Shown: positions 1 through 7,793, counted from the first letter of the stretch. The stretch is DNA of 32,000 nt from Candidatus Electronema halotolerans (GCA_942493095.1 OW818675.1:1980001-2012000); one strand, 5' to 3'. Notes: generated by a model from the letters alone, not told the origin. A program made the numbers and translations.

Positions 1-1437
1 CTCGATGATCAGGCGCGCCCCTTCCACATCCGGTGCCCTGTCCCGCGAGATCGGCCCCGGCGTTTCCAACAGCAGCTTCTGGTTCCGGCCATGATTGACC
101 AAGTAGGAAAAGGCATCCACCGCTGTTTCCGGGGTGTTGAAGGTCGGGATGTTGGCATCGCGGAAAATGCGGCGGCCTTCGCCAACCTGAATTTCCCCCA
201 TCCAGCAGGTCAGGAGCGGCTTTTTGCCCGTGTTCAGCTCGACCAGTGACTGGGCCACGCCTGCCGGGTCGGTCATGGCCTGCGGAGTGAGAATGACCAG
301 CAGACCATCGACATTGGGATCATCCATGCAGATGGACACAGCTTGGGCATAGCGTTCCGGGGTCGCATCACCAATAATGTCAACCGGATTGCTGTGCGAC
401 CACGTTGCAGGCAGGACTTCGTTCAGCCGCTTCATGGTCTCTTTGGACAGCTCGGCCAAAGGTAGGCCCAGATCAGCCAGCCGGTCTGTGGCCATCACCC
501 CTGGGCCGCCGCCATTGGTGACAATTGCCAGCCGGTCGCCATCCGCCTTAGTCGGAAAGGTCAGGATGGCGGCGGCAGAGAAGAGATTGGCGATGCGCAG
601 GCCGCGCACCACCCCTGCCCGCCGCAAGGCGCTGTCAAACACGTCATCCGCCCCGACCAGTGCGCCGGTGTGCGACATGGCCGCCTTGGAGCCGCTGGCG
701 TGCCGTCCCACTTTCAAGGCAATGACCGGCTTGAAGCGGGCCGCTGCCCGCAGGCCGCTCATAAAGGACAAGGCGTTGTGAATGCCTTCGATATACAGCA
801 AGATGCTCTTGGTCTTGGGGTCATTGACTAAGTAATCGAGCACATCGCCAAAGTCGATGTCGGCGGAAATGCCGGTCGAAACCACAGCGGAAAAGCCGAT
901 CTTGTTGGCAGCAGCCCAGTCAAGAATGGCCGTGCAGAGCGCGCCGGACTGCGAAACAAGGGCAATATTGCCCGGCGCGGCCACGCCCTTGTTGAAGGTG
1001 CAGTTCAGACCGGTGGCAGGCCGCATGATGCCGAGGCAGTTTGGCCCGACAAAGCGCAGGCCGTGGCGGCGGGCGTTCTCCAAGACCGCCTGCTCCAGTT
1101 TCAGGCCCTGCTGCCCGACCTCGCGGAAACCTGCTGAGATGATCACTGCCGAGCGGATGCCGTAGCTGCCGCAGGCTTCGATAATGGCAGGCACGGTTGC
1201 CGCCGGAGTGGTGATCACGGCCAGATCAACCGGCTGGCCAAGGCTCTTCAGGTCAGGATAGGCTTTGCGGCCTTGCACCTCCTCGTGCTTGGGGTTGACC
1301 GGAAAGACCTCGCCCTTGAAGCCGCCTTCAATCATGTTTTTGAAGACCAGATTGCCCACCGCCCCTTCGCGGTCGCTGGCACCGAAGACCGCGACTGAGC
1401 GCGGTTCAAACAGCTTGTTGAGATAGTGCTTGCCCAT
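1..1437 (-). CDS. ADP-forming acetyl-CoA synthetase / NDP-forming acyl-CoA synthetase family protein (CoA-binding N-terminus); partial, its 3' end lies beyond base 1
   Basis: Absent from the ORF track because it runs off the window edge. My minus-strand translation from ATG 1437..1435 stays open to base 1: MGKHYLNKLFEPRSVAVFGASDREGAVGNLVFKNMIEGGFKGEVFPVNPKHEEVQGRKAYPDLKSL...FVGPNCLGIMRP...ALVSQSGAL...LLYIEGI... These are typical CoA-binding and succinyl-CoA-synthetase-like domain motifs. SD AAGGA lies ~8 nt upstream. The plus-strand ORFs 377..781 and 857..1165 are its antisense shadows. Confidence 0.85.
   Translation of the reverse strand, partial: MGKHYLNKLFEPRSVAVFGASDREGAVGNLVFKNMIEGGFKGEVFPVNPKHEEVQGRKAYPDLKSLGQPVDLAVITTPAATVPAIIEACGSYGIRSAVIISAGFREVGQQGLKLEQAVLENARRHGLRFVGPNCLGIMRPATGLNCTFNKGVAAPGNIALVSQSGALCTAILDWAAANKIGFSAVVSTGISADIDFGDVLDYLVNDPKTKSILLYIEGIHNALSFMSGLRAAARFKPVIALKVGRHASGSKAAMSHTGALVGADDVFDSALRRAGVVRGLRIANLFSAAAILTFPTKADGDRLAIVTNGGGPGVMATDRLADLGLPLAELSKETMKRLNEVLPATWSHSNPVDIIGDATPERYAQAVSICMDDPNVDGLLVILTPQAMTDPAGVAQSLVELNTGKKPLLTCWMGEIQVGEGRRIFRDANIPTFNTPETAVDAFSYLVNHGRNQKLLLETPGPISRDRAPDVEGARLIIE
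1357..1437 (-). repeat. Left copy of a diverged direct repeat; this is the functional 5' coding end of the acs-like gene and matches 7556..7639
   Basis: Hand alignment of 1357..1419 with 7556..7618 gives 48 identical of 63 positions with no gaps. The identical 10-mer ACCGCCCCTT occurs at 1358..1367 and 7557..7566. Encoded peptides are NKLFEPRSVAVFGASDREGAV versus KELFEPRLGVMFDASGCKGAV. Confidence 0.75.
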
Positions 1438-1448
1438 GAGAAGTTCCT

Positions 1449-2497
1449 TATAGCGGTTTCGTATTGAACAGATATCAAACCCAGCAATGACGGAAAAACG
1501 ATTTGATTGATTTTGACTTAACCGTTTTCAGAGATATATCATAAGCTTCCATCAGCTCACGCTCTGTTCTCGGCTTCAATTTTCTTATAGTGTTTTTCAT
1601 TACTGACCAGCAGTATTCAATAGGGTTCAGTTCAGGACGATAAGGAGGGAGGAAAATGATCTTCGCTCCTGTACTTCTGATCAAAGCGAGAGCTTCTTTG
1701 TTTTTATGAGGACTGGCATTGTCAAGAACGACTGTCTTGCTGCTGTCAAGATATTTCAAAAGATAATTTTTTATATAGAAATAAAAGACATCTCCTGTCA
1801 TGGTGCCTTTAAATTTCATGCACTTCAATATTTTTCCAAACTTTACAGCTCCTATCATGCTTATTCTTTTCCCTTTACCTGAAGGTCTTTTTGAAAAAGC
1901 TCTTGTTCCTTTTCTTGATCTTGCAAATTTTCTCGACATGTTCAAACAGCATCCTGTCTCATCAATAAAGATGAAATTCTTTTTGTCAGCCTCGAGCAGG
2001 CCTGCAAGGTAATTAACTGTCTTTGCTATATTTTCCTCTTTATACGCCGCCGGATCGCGGAAAGTTTTTTTTTCCGGCTGATTTTCAGTCTGGCGAGAGT
2101 TTCGCACAGCGTGGAAGGTGCTATTTTTAAATTGAATTTCTCGTATAAGCGATCACACATCTCTTCAAGCGTAAGATCGTTCTCGTCATCAATCATGCTG
2201 GTCAGAAAAGGCATATGAACTTCCTTGATTTTCGGAGGATTTCCGCCTTTATGAGGCTTCGGCTCAAGCGTCCCCTCAGTCTTCCATCTTTTTACAAGAC
2301 TTTGAACAAATTTATAGGAAACGTCAAGCAAATCTGCAGTTCTTCTCAATGATTTCTGTTTTTCATAAACAGACAAGACTTTCTTTCTGAAATCAATAGA
2401 ATAAATCATGGCAGACCTCCGTGTGTAAAAAAATGGAAAAAACAGACAAGTCAAGTTTAATCTTTTTCTGATAACCATACAACCTGAAACCGCTATA
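1449..2497 (-). mobile_element. IS630-family (Tc1/mariner superfamily) insertion sequence with a TA target duplication
   Basis: Terminal inverted repeats are TAGCGGTTTC (1451..1460) and GAAACCGCTA (2486..2495), extending imperfectly to ~29 bp. Each is flanked by TA (1449..1450 and 2496..2497), the canonical IS630 target duplication. The interior encodes a two-frame DDE transposase. Confidence 0.85.
1475..2409 (-). CDS. IS630-family transposase, orfA (2409..2026, HTH) joined to orfB (to 1475, DDE) by a -1 frameshift, or a frameshifted pseudogene
   Basis: orfA starts at ATG 2409 (MIYSIDFRKKVL...) with GGAGG 7 nt upstream. orfB carries DDE_3-type motifs FIFIDETG, VLDNASPHK and ELNPIEYCW. orfB is in the -1 frame relative to orfA, and the overlap contains a run of nine A on the coding strand (T-run 2065..2073), a classic slippery site. 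Confidence 0.8.
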
Positions 2498-2543
2498 TGT
2501 GCGAATGATTGCAGGTTATGGCTTATTGCGCTGCAACGTGCAG

Positions 2544-2996
2544 TTATCGCAGCGGCACAAGGTCAATCCACAGATGCGTCAGATGAAGTTTGCTGTCAGA
2601 ACGATTTACAATTGATGTGTATTCAGCAACTTTTCCATTATCGTGCTTCAGTGCGAGCTGTTCTTCCTCTGACCATTTCGGTTCAGCAGGTTGAGCGCAC
2701 AGATCACAAACCCAAGTGTTTACTTTTTTACGCCAACTTTCTGCGTTTCCATCCTGAATGTAGCCGATCATGCCAGCATGGTTGAGTCTGCTGCCGTGTA
2801 TGCCCAGTTTGAAACGTTCTATTCCGCCGCAGGGCACATGCTTTTTCTTTTCTTCATGTCCTATCACATATTCTTTACGACGTTTTGTGCCCAGTCCTGT
2901 CGAAAGACGTTTTCCTTCAAAAACGGTAATCAAGGGTGGATCAATCCCGCTATCAGCATCAACTTTGAGATAAGGGTTCCTCGAAAAATACAACAT
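2544..2996 (-). CDS. Hypothetical protein (150 aa), AT-rich island gene
   Basis: ORF track. Codon usage is like the neighbouring island genes. The frame stays open upstream of ATG 2996 as far as a TGA at 3045..3047 at the edge of the IS5 element. There is a weak HVPCGG ... NTWVCDLC pattern, vaguely HNH-like but with atypical spacing. I recognise no family with confidence. Confidence 0.5.
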   Translation of the reverse strand: MLYFSRNPYLKVDADSGIDPPLITVFEGKRLSTGLGTKRRKEYVIGHEEKKKHVPCGGIERFKLGIHGSRLNHAGMIGYIQDGNAESWRKKVNTWVCDLCAQPAEPKWSEEEQLALKHDNGKVAEYTSIVNRSDSKLHLTHLWIDLVPLR

Positions 2997-3036
2997 CCAT
3001 TCTGCTGCATTTGTTTTGTTATTTTTTATTTTAATA

Positions 3037-4215
3037 TTGAAATTTCAGTCTATTATGTTATAATTTCGGCATCAATTCAACTCATGCTGCCGGAGATGCA
3101 CAGATGAACCAACTTGGATTTTTTGATTTTTATATTCGTCTTTCCCGAATTGACAAAGCAGGTGATCCTTTAGTTAAGATCAACAAGGCTATTGACTGGG
3201 AAATATTTCGGCCAATTCTTGAAGAAGCAAAAAGAAAGCCTGTGAAATCAAATGCTGGAGCTAAAGGTTATGATTCAGTCATGATGTTCAAAATTTTAAT
3301 TTTGCAATCATTATACAATCTTTCTGATAAAGGGATGGAATATCAAATTCTTGACAGATATTCGTTTTCCAGATTCCTTGGACTTCGGGCGGCTGACAAA
3401 GTTCCAGATGCGACAACGATATGGCTTTTTCGTGAAACTTTGACCAAAGCAGGAAAAATCGAGGAACTGTTTTCTGTTTTTGACGAATTTCTTGATGAAA
3501 ATGGATATCAAGCCAGAAAAGGGCAGATAGTCGACGCTTCCATAGTCAACGCCCCGATCCAGCGTAACAGCCGCAAGGAAAACAAGCAGATCAAGAATGG
3601 TGAACAGCCTGAAGGATGGAGTGAGAATAAGCAGGCGCAGAAGGATACTGATGCCCGTTGGACCAAAAAGAACGGCAGAAGCTTTTTTGGTTATAAAAAT
3701 CATATATCTGTTGATGTGAAGCATAAATTCATCCGAAAATATGCGGTGACCAGCGCCGAGGTTCATGACAGCAATATTTTTGAGGAGCTGCTTGACCCTG
3801 ACAACACCAGTCGGGATATCTATGCGGATTCGGCATACAGATCTGAAAAAAAGCTCAACTGGTTGAACGAGAATGGATACAGAGAGCATCTGAACCGCAA
3901 AGGAACACGAAGCCGGAAACTGACCGAATGGGAGAAGCAGGGAAATCGGACAAGATCAAAAATTCGCTCCCGGATTGAACACGTCTTCGGCATCCAGGCG
4001 CAACGTGCTGGCAATATGATTCTCCGAGGAACAGGTTTCATTCGCGCTGCTGCGAAAATAGGCTTGAGAAACTTGACGTTCAATATTGACAGGTACGGAA
4101 CTCTTAATAAAATTTAAGATTTAAAAAAAAGAAACGCATTCAGGAACATATTTCAACGGAAGTTTGCTCAAAATAAATAAAAAACAGGAAATAACAATTT
4201 ATGTATTTGAAATTT
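3037..4215 (+). mobile_element. IS5-family insertion sequence (ends approximate)
   Basis: It contains a single DDE transposase gene. The identical 9-mer TTGAAATTT occurs at 3037..3045 and 4207..4215, embedded in the palindromic cores TGAAATTTCA (3038..3047) and TGAAATTTTCA (4208..4218). The ~1.16-1.18 kb span fits IS5-family sizes. I could not decide whether the 9-mers are a target duplication or the IR tips. Confidence 0.6.
3104..4117 (+). CDS. IS5-family transposase (DDE_Tnp_1)
   Basis: 337 aa. Architecture resembles IS5 InsH: N-terminal ...YDSVMMFKILILQSLYNLSD..., then DDE residues in IVDASIV, IYADSAYRS and SRIEHVFG. Confidence 0.9.
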   Translation: MNQLGFFDFYIRLSRIDKAGDPLVKINKAIDWEIFRPILEEAKRKPVKSNAGAKGYDSVMMFKILILQSLYNLSDKGMEYQILDRYSFSRFLGLRAADKVPDATTIWLFRETLTKAGKIEELFSVFDEFLDENGYQARKGQIVDASIVNAPIQRNSRKENKQIKNGEQPEGWSENKQAQKDTDARWTKKNGRSFFGYKNHISVDVKHKFIRKYAVTSAEVHDSNIFEELLDPDNTSRDIYADSAYRSEKKLNWLNENGYREHLNRKGTRSRKLTEWEKQGNRTRSKIRSRIEHVFGIQAQRAGNMILRGTGFIRAAAKIGLRNLTFNIDRYGTLNKI

Positions 4216-4554
4216 TCAACTGTCAAAGACACTATTGATAAGCTGAAAAAACTTTATCTCAAATTTTTCGAGGTTCCCATAAATGCCAATATCAGCAGCA
4301 GGACTGTTGCCACGAGCTTCATCTTCCATGCTTTCCCGGTTTGCAAAGAAATTTTCTGCTTCGTTGTTGATAAATCGGGTAAGTTTGCTGTTAAGAGCGT
4401 TTTCATTTTTACTTTTTTCTTGCATAACAGAATTAGTAAATTTTGGCAGGATTGTCTTTACAAATTCAATTACCTTGTTGAATTGCGCATTTTTAGGCGG
4501 GCCGAATAATAGTCCCATGCCGCCGAGAACCCGTCCTTGAGCATATTGCTTCAT
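4216..4554 (-). CDS. Hypothetical small protein (112 aa from ATG 4554) with a PD-(D/E)xK-like motif string; possibly truncated
   Basis: ATG 4554..4552 lies 4 nt after the TGA (4561..4559) of the methyltransferase gene, which suggests an operon. The sequence ...LTRFINNEAENFFANRE...SPAADIGIYGNLEKFEIKFFQL reads as helix-E / strand-D / strand-ExK. The ORF stops only 12 codons after ExK, at a TGA (4218..4216) at the boundary of the IS5 region. Confidence 0.5.
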   Translation of the reverse strand: MKQYAQGRVLGGMGLLFGPPKNAQFNKVIEFVKTILPKFTNSVMQEKSKNENALNSKLTRFINNEAENFFANRESMEDEARGNSPAADIGIYGNLEKFEIKFFQLINSVFDS

Positions 4555-4558
4555 GATT

Positions 4559-7528
4559 TCAATATCCCTGTTCCAAGAGATCAATCATTGTTTCATCAGC
4601 ATCACGAAGCGCAATGGAACGGAGCCAGTATCTTTTCTGATTTGGCTTGATCATGAAAATGACGTTTTTTTCGTAGAGGCGGAGAATGCGGTTGATGAAT
4701 AAGCGGCTGCTATGACGGCGGTGCAACAGCTCATCAAGAAACGGAACGATTTTTTCTTGGTCTGGCAGCTCTATCTGCGGCGCATCGCCGTAACAGAAAG
4801 GATAGCAGATAAAGGAATCCCCCAGCAATATTGGCTCTAATGACCTGAATTCTTGGTACACTGGGTTTAGAATATCGCAATACATTTTGCCGAACTTATG
4901 CAAATCAGATGTATCTGCTTTGGACAAAATGAGAGAACTTTCTCCCTTTCCTTGAAAGTCAATAATATACCTACCAACATCATCAATAAGGGCCTCTTCC
5001 CAAAAACGTAAAGTTAAATCTTTTTCTTCATCCCAATAAGGTACAGCCATAATATCACATGAATTTAACGAGTTTCCTCGATCAACCCAAGTTCTGCCGC
5101 TGAGAAGAAGTGCTGATAATCCAAATAATTTTGAATTATTGAGACGTTCAGCAAGATTTTTTAAATGATGCCGCTCATGCTTCGGCGCATATATCCCTAT
5201 AATTTGTTTTGTGAATACCAGTTCTTCCTCTGTATATATGGCTGGAACAGCCAATCCGTTGTCAACTATCTTTCTGATAAGCACATGAGGAGCAGAAAAA
5301 ATGAGTTGAGTTATCGGACGTGGCTCTTCAAAAAAGAGCTTATCAACAGATTTAACTGAATCCCAGTTTATACCGTGTTTAGTTAATCCATTCGGAGGAA
5401 CATCATTTTTCCCTGTTATCCAAGGTGCAGTCTTTGGAGTTCGCTTCAGGCCAAATTTCTTCATACGTTCTTCAGGCGATAACTCAATCAATTCGTTCGC
5501 GTCAGGCAAGTCATTTAAATAACTTCCACACCCAACACTGTATCCCTCTCCAAACTGCCACCCATGATTTTCCCTCTTTTCCTCCAGATACTTTCCCAGT
5601 GTAGGCACATTCGTCAACAGCCGATCCATCATGCGATGCAGCCTGCCGCCGCCAAGCAGATTGATTTTCCAGACATATTTTTTTTCTTTGATTGATTCAC
5701 GGGGAACCCAATGAAAATCATAAGGATCAAGCTCAAATAGCAGTTTTTCCTTGATTGTTTTTGTTCTGCGGAAAATCAGGTGTAAAATTTTATCAGCAGT
5801 TGGCTGTTCATTGCGGCCAATCACCGCTGCTGCCGCAACTTTGGCATTTTTGAAAAGCACTCCTTCCAACGGAGTGAAATCAAAGACCTGATCAATGGCG
5901 AATTGTTCAAATAAATAACTGCGGAAAGATTGCGCGTTGCCGTTGTAGAGCAGCGGTCCAGCAGGCTGAATCAGGCAAACTGTTCCGCCAAGCCGGGCAA
6001 CTTGAAAAGATTGCTCTAAAAAAAGAAGCGCAATCTTCTTGTCCGGGAGCTGCTGCCGTTCTTTGCTGCGTTTTTTCTCAATCTCTTCCGCCTTGCTTGT
6101 CAATGGGCTGTCAAAAGGAGGATTGCCGATAACTATATCAAAATGACTGTTGAATTCCTCTGATTCAACTAATTCAAAAAAGTCTCCTTCTCGAAGATTA
6201 TCAGGTTGCAGATTATTAAATTTGAGTTCATTCCAGATAACAATCGGTTCCAGTTCGTCGCACATGGTGACACAAAGGCTGAAAGCTGCCACTAAAACAG
6301 CTTCTGGAGCTTTATCTATCCCGAACAGGCTGTTTTTCAAGATTTCTTGCAGTTCATGACAGGGTGGATATTTCCAATCATTAGCTATTCGCCAGCATTG
6401 AATCAGGCGTTTGAACGCGCCCACCAGAAAAACACCCGAACCGCAGGCAGGATCAAGGATTTTCCAAGAAAGTGTCTCTGCTTTGAGGGGCAAACATTGG
6501 TCGATGAGAAAATCAACCAGCATCGGCGGCGTATAGACAACTCCCTTGTTTTTTTCTGCCAAAAATTCTTCATAAATATTGCTGATCAATTCAACCGGAA
6601 GATCCTCGAAAGAATAGAGCGGCCAAAAGAGATACTGACCGCTGGACAGTTCTTGATTTCCCTTGAGAAAAGCAGCAATCTCACAGAGATCAGCTTGTTC
6701 CAGCTCACCCTTCTCCTCATCGGTTAATTTGAAGATGCCGCCGTTGAAATGTTCGCTCAAATGATCAAAAAGTTTAATGCAGCTTCCAGCTTTATTGAAC
6801 AGTTCGGCAAAATCATCATAGCCAGCCTGAGAAAATTGCTGAAAAAATCCATTGTTAAAAACTTGATTCCCAGTGGAGTCCCGACGGTCATTCAAATACT
6901 TGACCAGAATTGCCATAACCAGAATGCGGTTTATGACTTTTTCTGAAAGTTTCTTTCGCTTCAGCAGATTGTTTCTGAACGACTTGAGATGAGTGAGCAG
7001 CTTGAAATACGCAGTTTTTTCAAGAAGGAAATCATTTTTGAATTTTGGATTCTCCCAAAGCGTCCCGGCGGCAACTTCGCGGGCGGCAAAGGCCCGATCA
7101 GCAGCAATGATTCTTTCAAGCGTGTTGAAGGGAGTGAAAATTGGAGTGTTTGTTTGTTCATCTATCTCAGGTTGCTGGCGGCAGTTAAGAACTTTCACCT
7201 TCTGAGGTGTCAGAATAAACATTAAAGGCGGGATGCCTGCGTTCCAGAGACGGCGATGTATCTCGGCATATTTTGCTTCGTTGCAGGAAAGCGAATTGTC
7301 GTAATAGATATAAATTTGAGGAACAGAAGAGCGGCCAGTTCCATCAGGGAAAATACGAAAGAAAACAGCATCTGCTTTGTAGTTTTCAGCCTGCTCCAGC
7401 GCGATTCGTATTTTTGCTTCCGCCTGCTCCCTGTCTTCTACAAAATAAAGATTTTTTTGTATTTCAGAAGAGTCAGACAATAATTCCAGCTCGTTCAGCC
7501 TTCTTGCGAATGCTTCTTTGTTTTGCAT
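4559..7528 (-). CDS. Large N6-adenine DNA methyltransferase fusion protein (gamma-class motif order) with type IIG/IIL-like or BREX PglX-like architecture
   Basis: Motif X is VVYTPPMLVDFL, motif I is ILDPACGSGVFLVGAF, and motif IV is FDIVIGNPPFDSP. About 330 aa of unassigned N-terminal region and about 450 aa of C-terminal region flank the methyltransferase core. Start ATG 7528 (MQNKEAF...) is where AT-rich coding begins. Alternative in-frame starts are 7639 and 7693 (see findings). Confidence 0.8.
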   Translation of the reverse strand: MQNKEAFARRLNELELLSDSSEIQKNLYFVEDREQAEAKIRIALEQAENYKADAVFFRIFPDGTGRSSVPQIYIYYDNSLSCNEAKYAEIHRRLWNAGIPPLMFILTPQKVKVLNCRQQPEIDEQTNTPIFTPFNTLERIIAADRAFAAREVAAGTLWENPKFKNDFLLEKTAYFKLLTHLKSFRNNLLKRKKLSEKVINRILVMAILVKYLNDRRDSTGNQVFNNGFFQQFSQAGYDDFAELFNKAGSCIKLFDHLSEHFNGGIFKLTDEEKGELEQADLCEIAAFLKGNQELSSGQYLFWPLYSFEDLPVELISNIYEEFLAEKNKGVVYTPPMLVDFLIDQCLPLKAETLSWKILDPACGSGVFLVGAFKRLIQCWRIANDWKYPPCHELQEILKNSLFGIDKAPEAVLVAAFSLCVTMCDELEPIVIWNELKFNNLQPDNLREGDFFELVESEEFNSHFDIVIGNPPFDSPLTSKAEEIEKKRSKERQQLPDKKIALLFLEQSFQVARLGGTVCLIQPAGPLLYNGNAQSFRSYLFEQFAIDQVFDFTPLEGVLFKNAKVAAAAVIGRNEQPTADKILHLIFRRTKTIKEKLLFELDPYDFHWVPRESIKEKKYVWKINLLGGGRLHRMMDRLLTNVPTLGKYLEEKRENHGWQFGEGYSVGCGSYLNDLPDANELIELSPEERMKKFGLKRTPKTAPWITGKNDVPPNGLTKHGINWDSVKSVDKLFFEEPRPITQLIFSAPHVLIRKIVDNGLAVPAIYTEEELVFTKQIIGIYAPKHERHHLKNLAERLNNSKLFGLSALLLSGRTWVDRGNSLNSCDIMAVPYWDEEKDLTLRFWEEALIDDVGRYIIDFQGKGESSLILSKADTSDLHKFGKMYCDILNPVYQEFRSLEPILLGDSFICYPFCYGDAPQIELPDQEKIVPFLDELLHRRHSSRLFINRILRLYEKNVIFMIKPNQKRYWLRSIALRDADETMIDLLEQGY

Positions 7529-7555
7529 TTCTATCTTTCTATTCTGACTTGGAAA

Positions 7556-7639
7556 TACCGCCCCTTTGCAGCCGCTGGCATCAAACATCACGCCCAAGCG
7601 CGGCTCAAACAGCTCTTTGCTCGTGTCGCCCGGTGCCAT
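7556..7639 (-). repeat. Right copy of the diverged direct repeat; a displaced, decayed 5' end (ATG 7639) of an acs-like gene
   Basis: See 1357..1437. The GC-rich segment encodes MAPGDTSKELFEPRLGVMFDASGCKGAV. Similarity to the acs-like 5' end stops at 7556, exactly where AT-rich island DNA begins. Confidence 0.7.
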
Positions 7640-7654
7640 TATACCGGACAACTC

Positions 7655-7698
7655 AAAAAAAAACAGGGAGGAAACGGAGCTGCTCCGTCTCATCCCTG
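7655..7698 (-). terminator. Rho-independent terminator of the rsmJ..TPR operon
   Basis: On the minus strand the hairpin is CAGGGA-tgag-ACGGAGC-a-GCTCCGT-ttc-CTCCCTG (7698..7664, outer arms imperfect; inner 7-bp stem 7674..7680 with 7682..7688). It is followed by nine T (plus-strand A-run 7655..7663) and lies ~100 nt downstream of the TPR gene stop. Confidence 0.7.
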
Positions 7699-7793
7699 TT
7701 TGCCGAAGGTTCGCGCATCAGCAGCGTGAGCTGTGTGAAAGAGCACAAGGAGGACGCGGGACAGCACACTATCGGGCTGGCTGGAGTTTGCCT

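Noticed and set aside
377-1165. Plus-strand ORFs 377..781 and 857..1165
   Set aside because: They lie antisense to the clearly conserved acs-like minus-strand frame. Their Ala/Arg/Pro/Ser-rich composition is typical of GC-rich shadow frames.
2544-2996. SRA/YDG-like reading of GIHGSRLNHAGMIGY in the 150-aa ORF
   Set aside because: The surrounding residues do not fit the SRA consensus: there is no F..R.E...G.H spacing and no YDG block. The resemblance is limited to a few residues.
3311-4083. Minus-strand ORFs 3311..3889 and 3820..4083
   Set aside because: They lie antisense within the IS5 transposase gene, and their low-complexity composition looks unlike real protein.
4201-4540. Plus-strand ORFs 4201..4509 and 4283..4540
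   Set aside because: They are antisense to the 112-aa ORF that is coupled to the methyltransferase stop, and they have no motifs.
7638-7643. Perfect TATAAT on the minus strand, considered as a -10 box for the methyltransferase
   Set aside because: It overlaps the ATG of the decayed acs-like 5' end (ggTATAATGgca). There is no acceptable -35 element at 16-18 nt, where the sequence is the terminator U-tract. It is probably coincidental.
7529-7693. Track start of the methyltransferase ORF at ATG 7693 (1044 aa)
   Set aside because: ATG 7693 lies inside the terminator hairpin of the upstream operon. The first ~55 codons cross GC-rich non-island DNA (a decayed acs-like 5' end). AT-rich coding begins at ATG 7528. 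ATG 7639 is kept only as an alternative.
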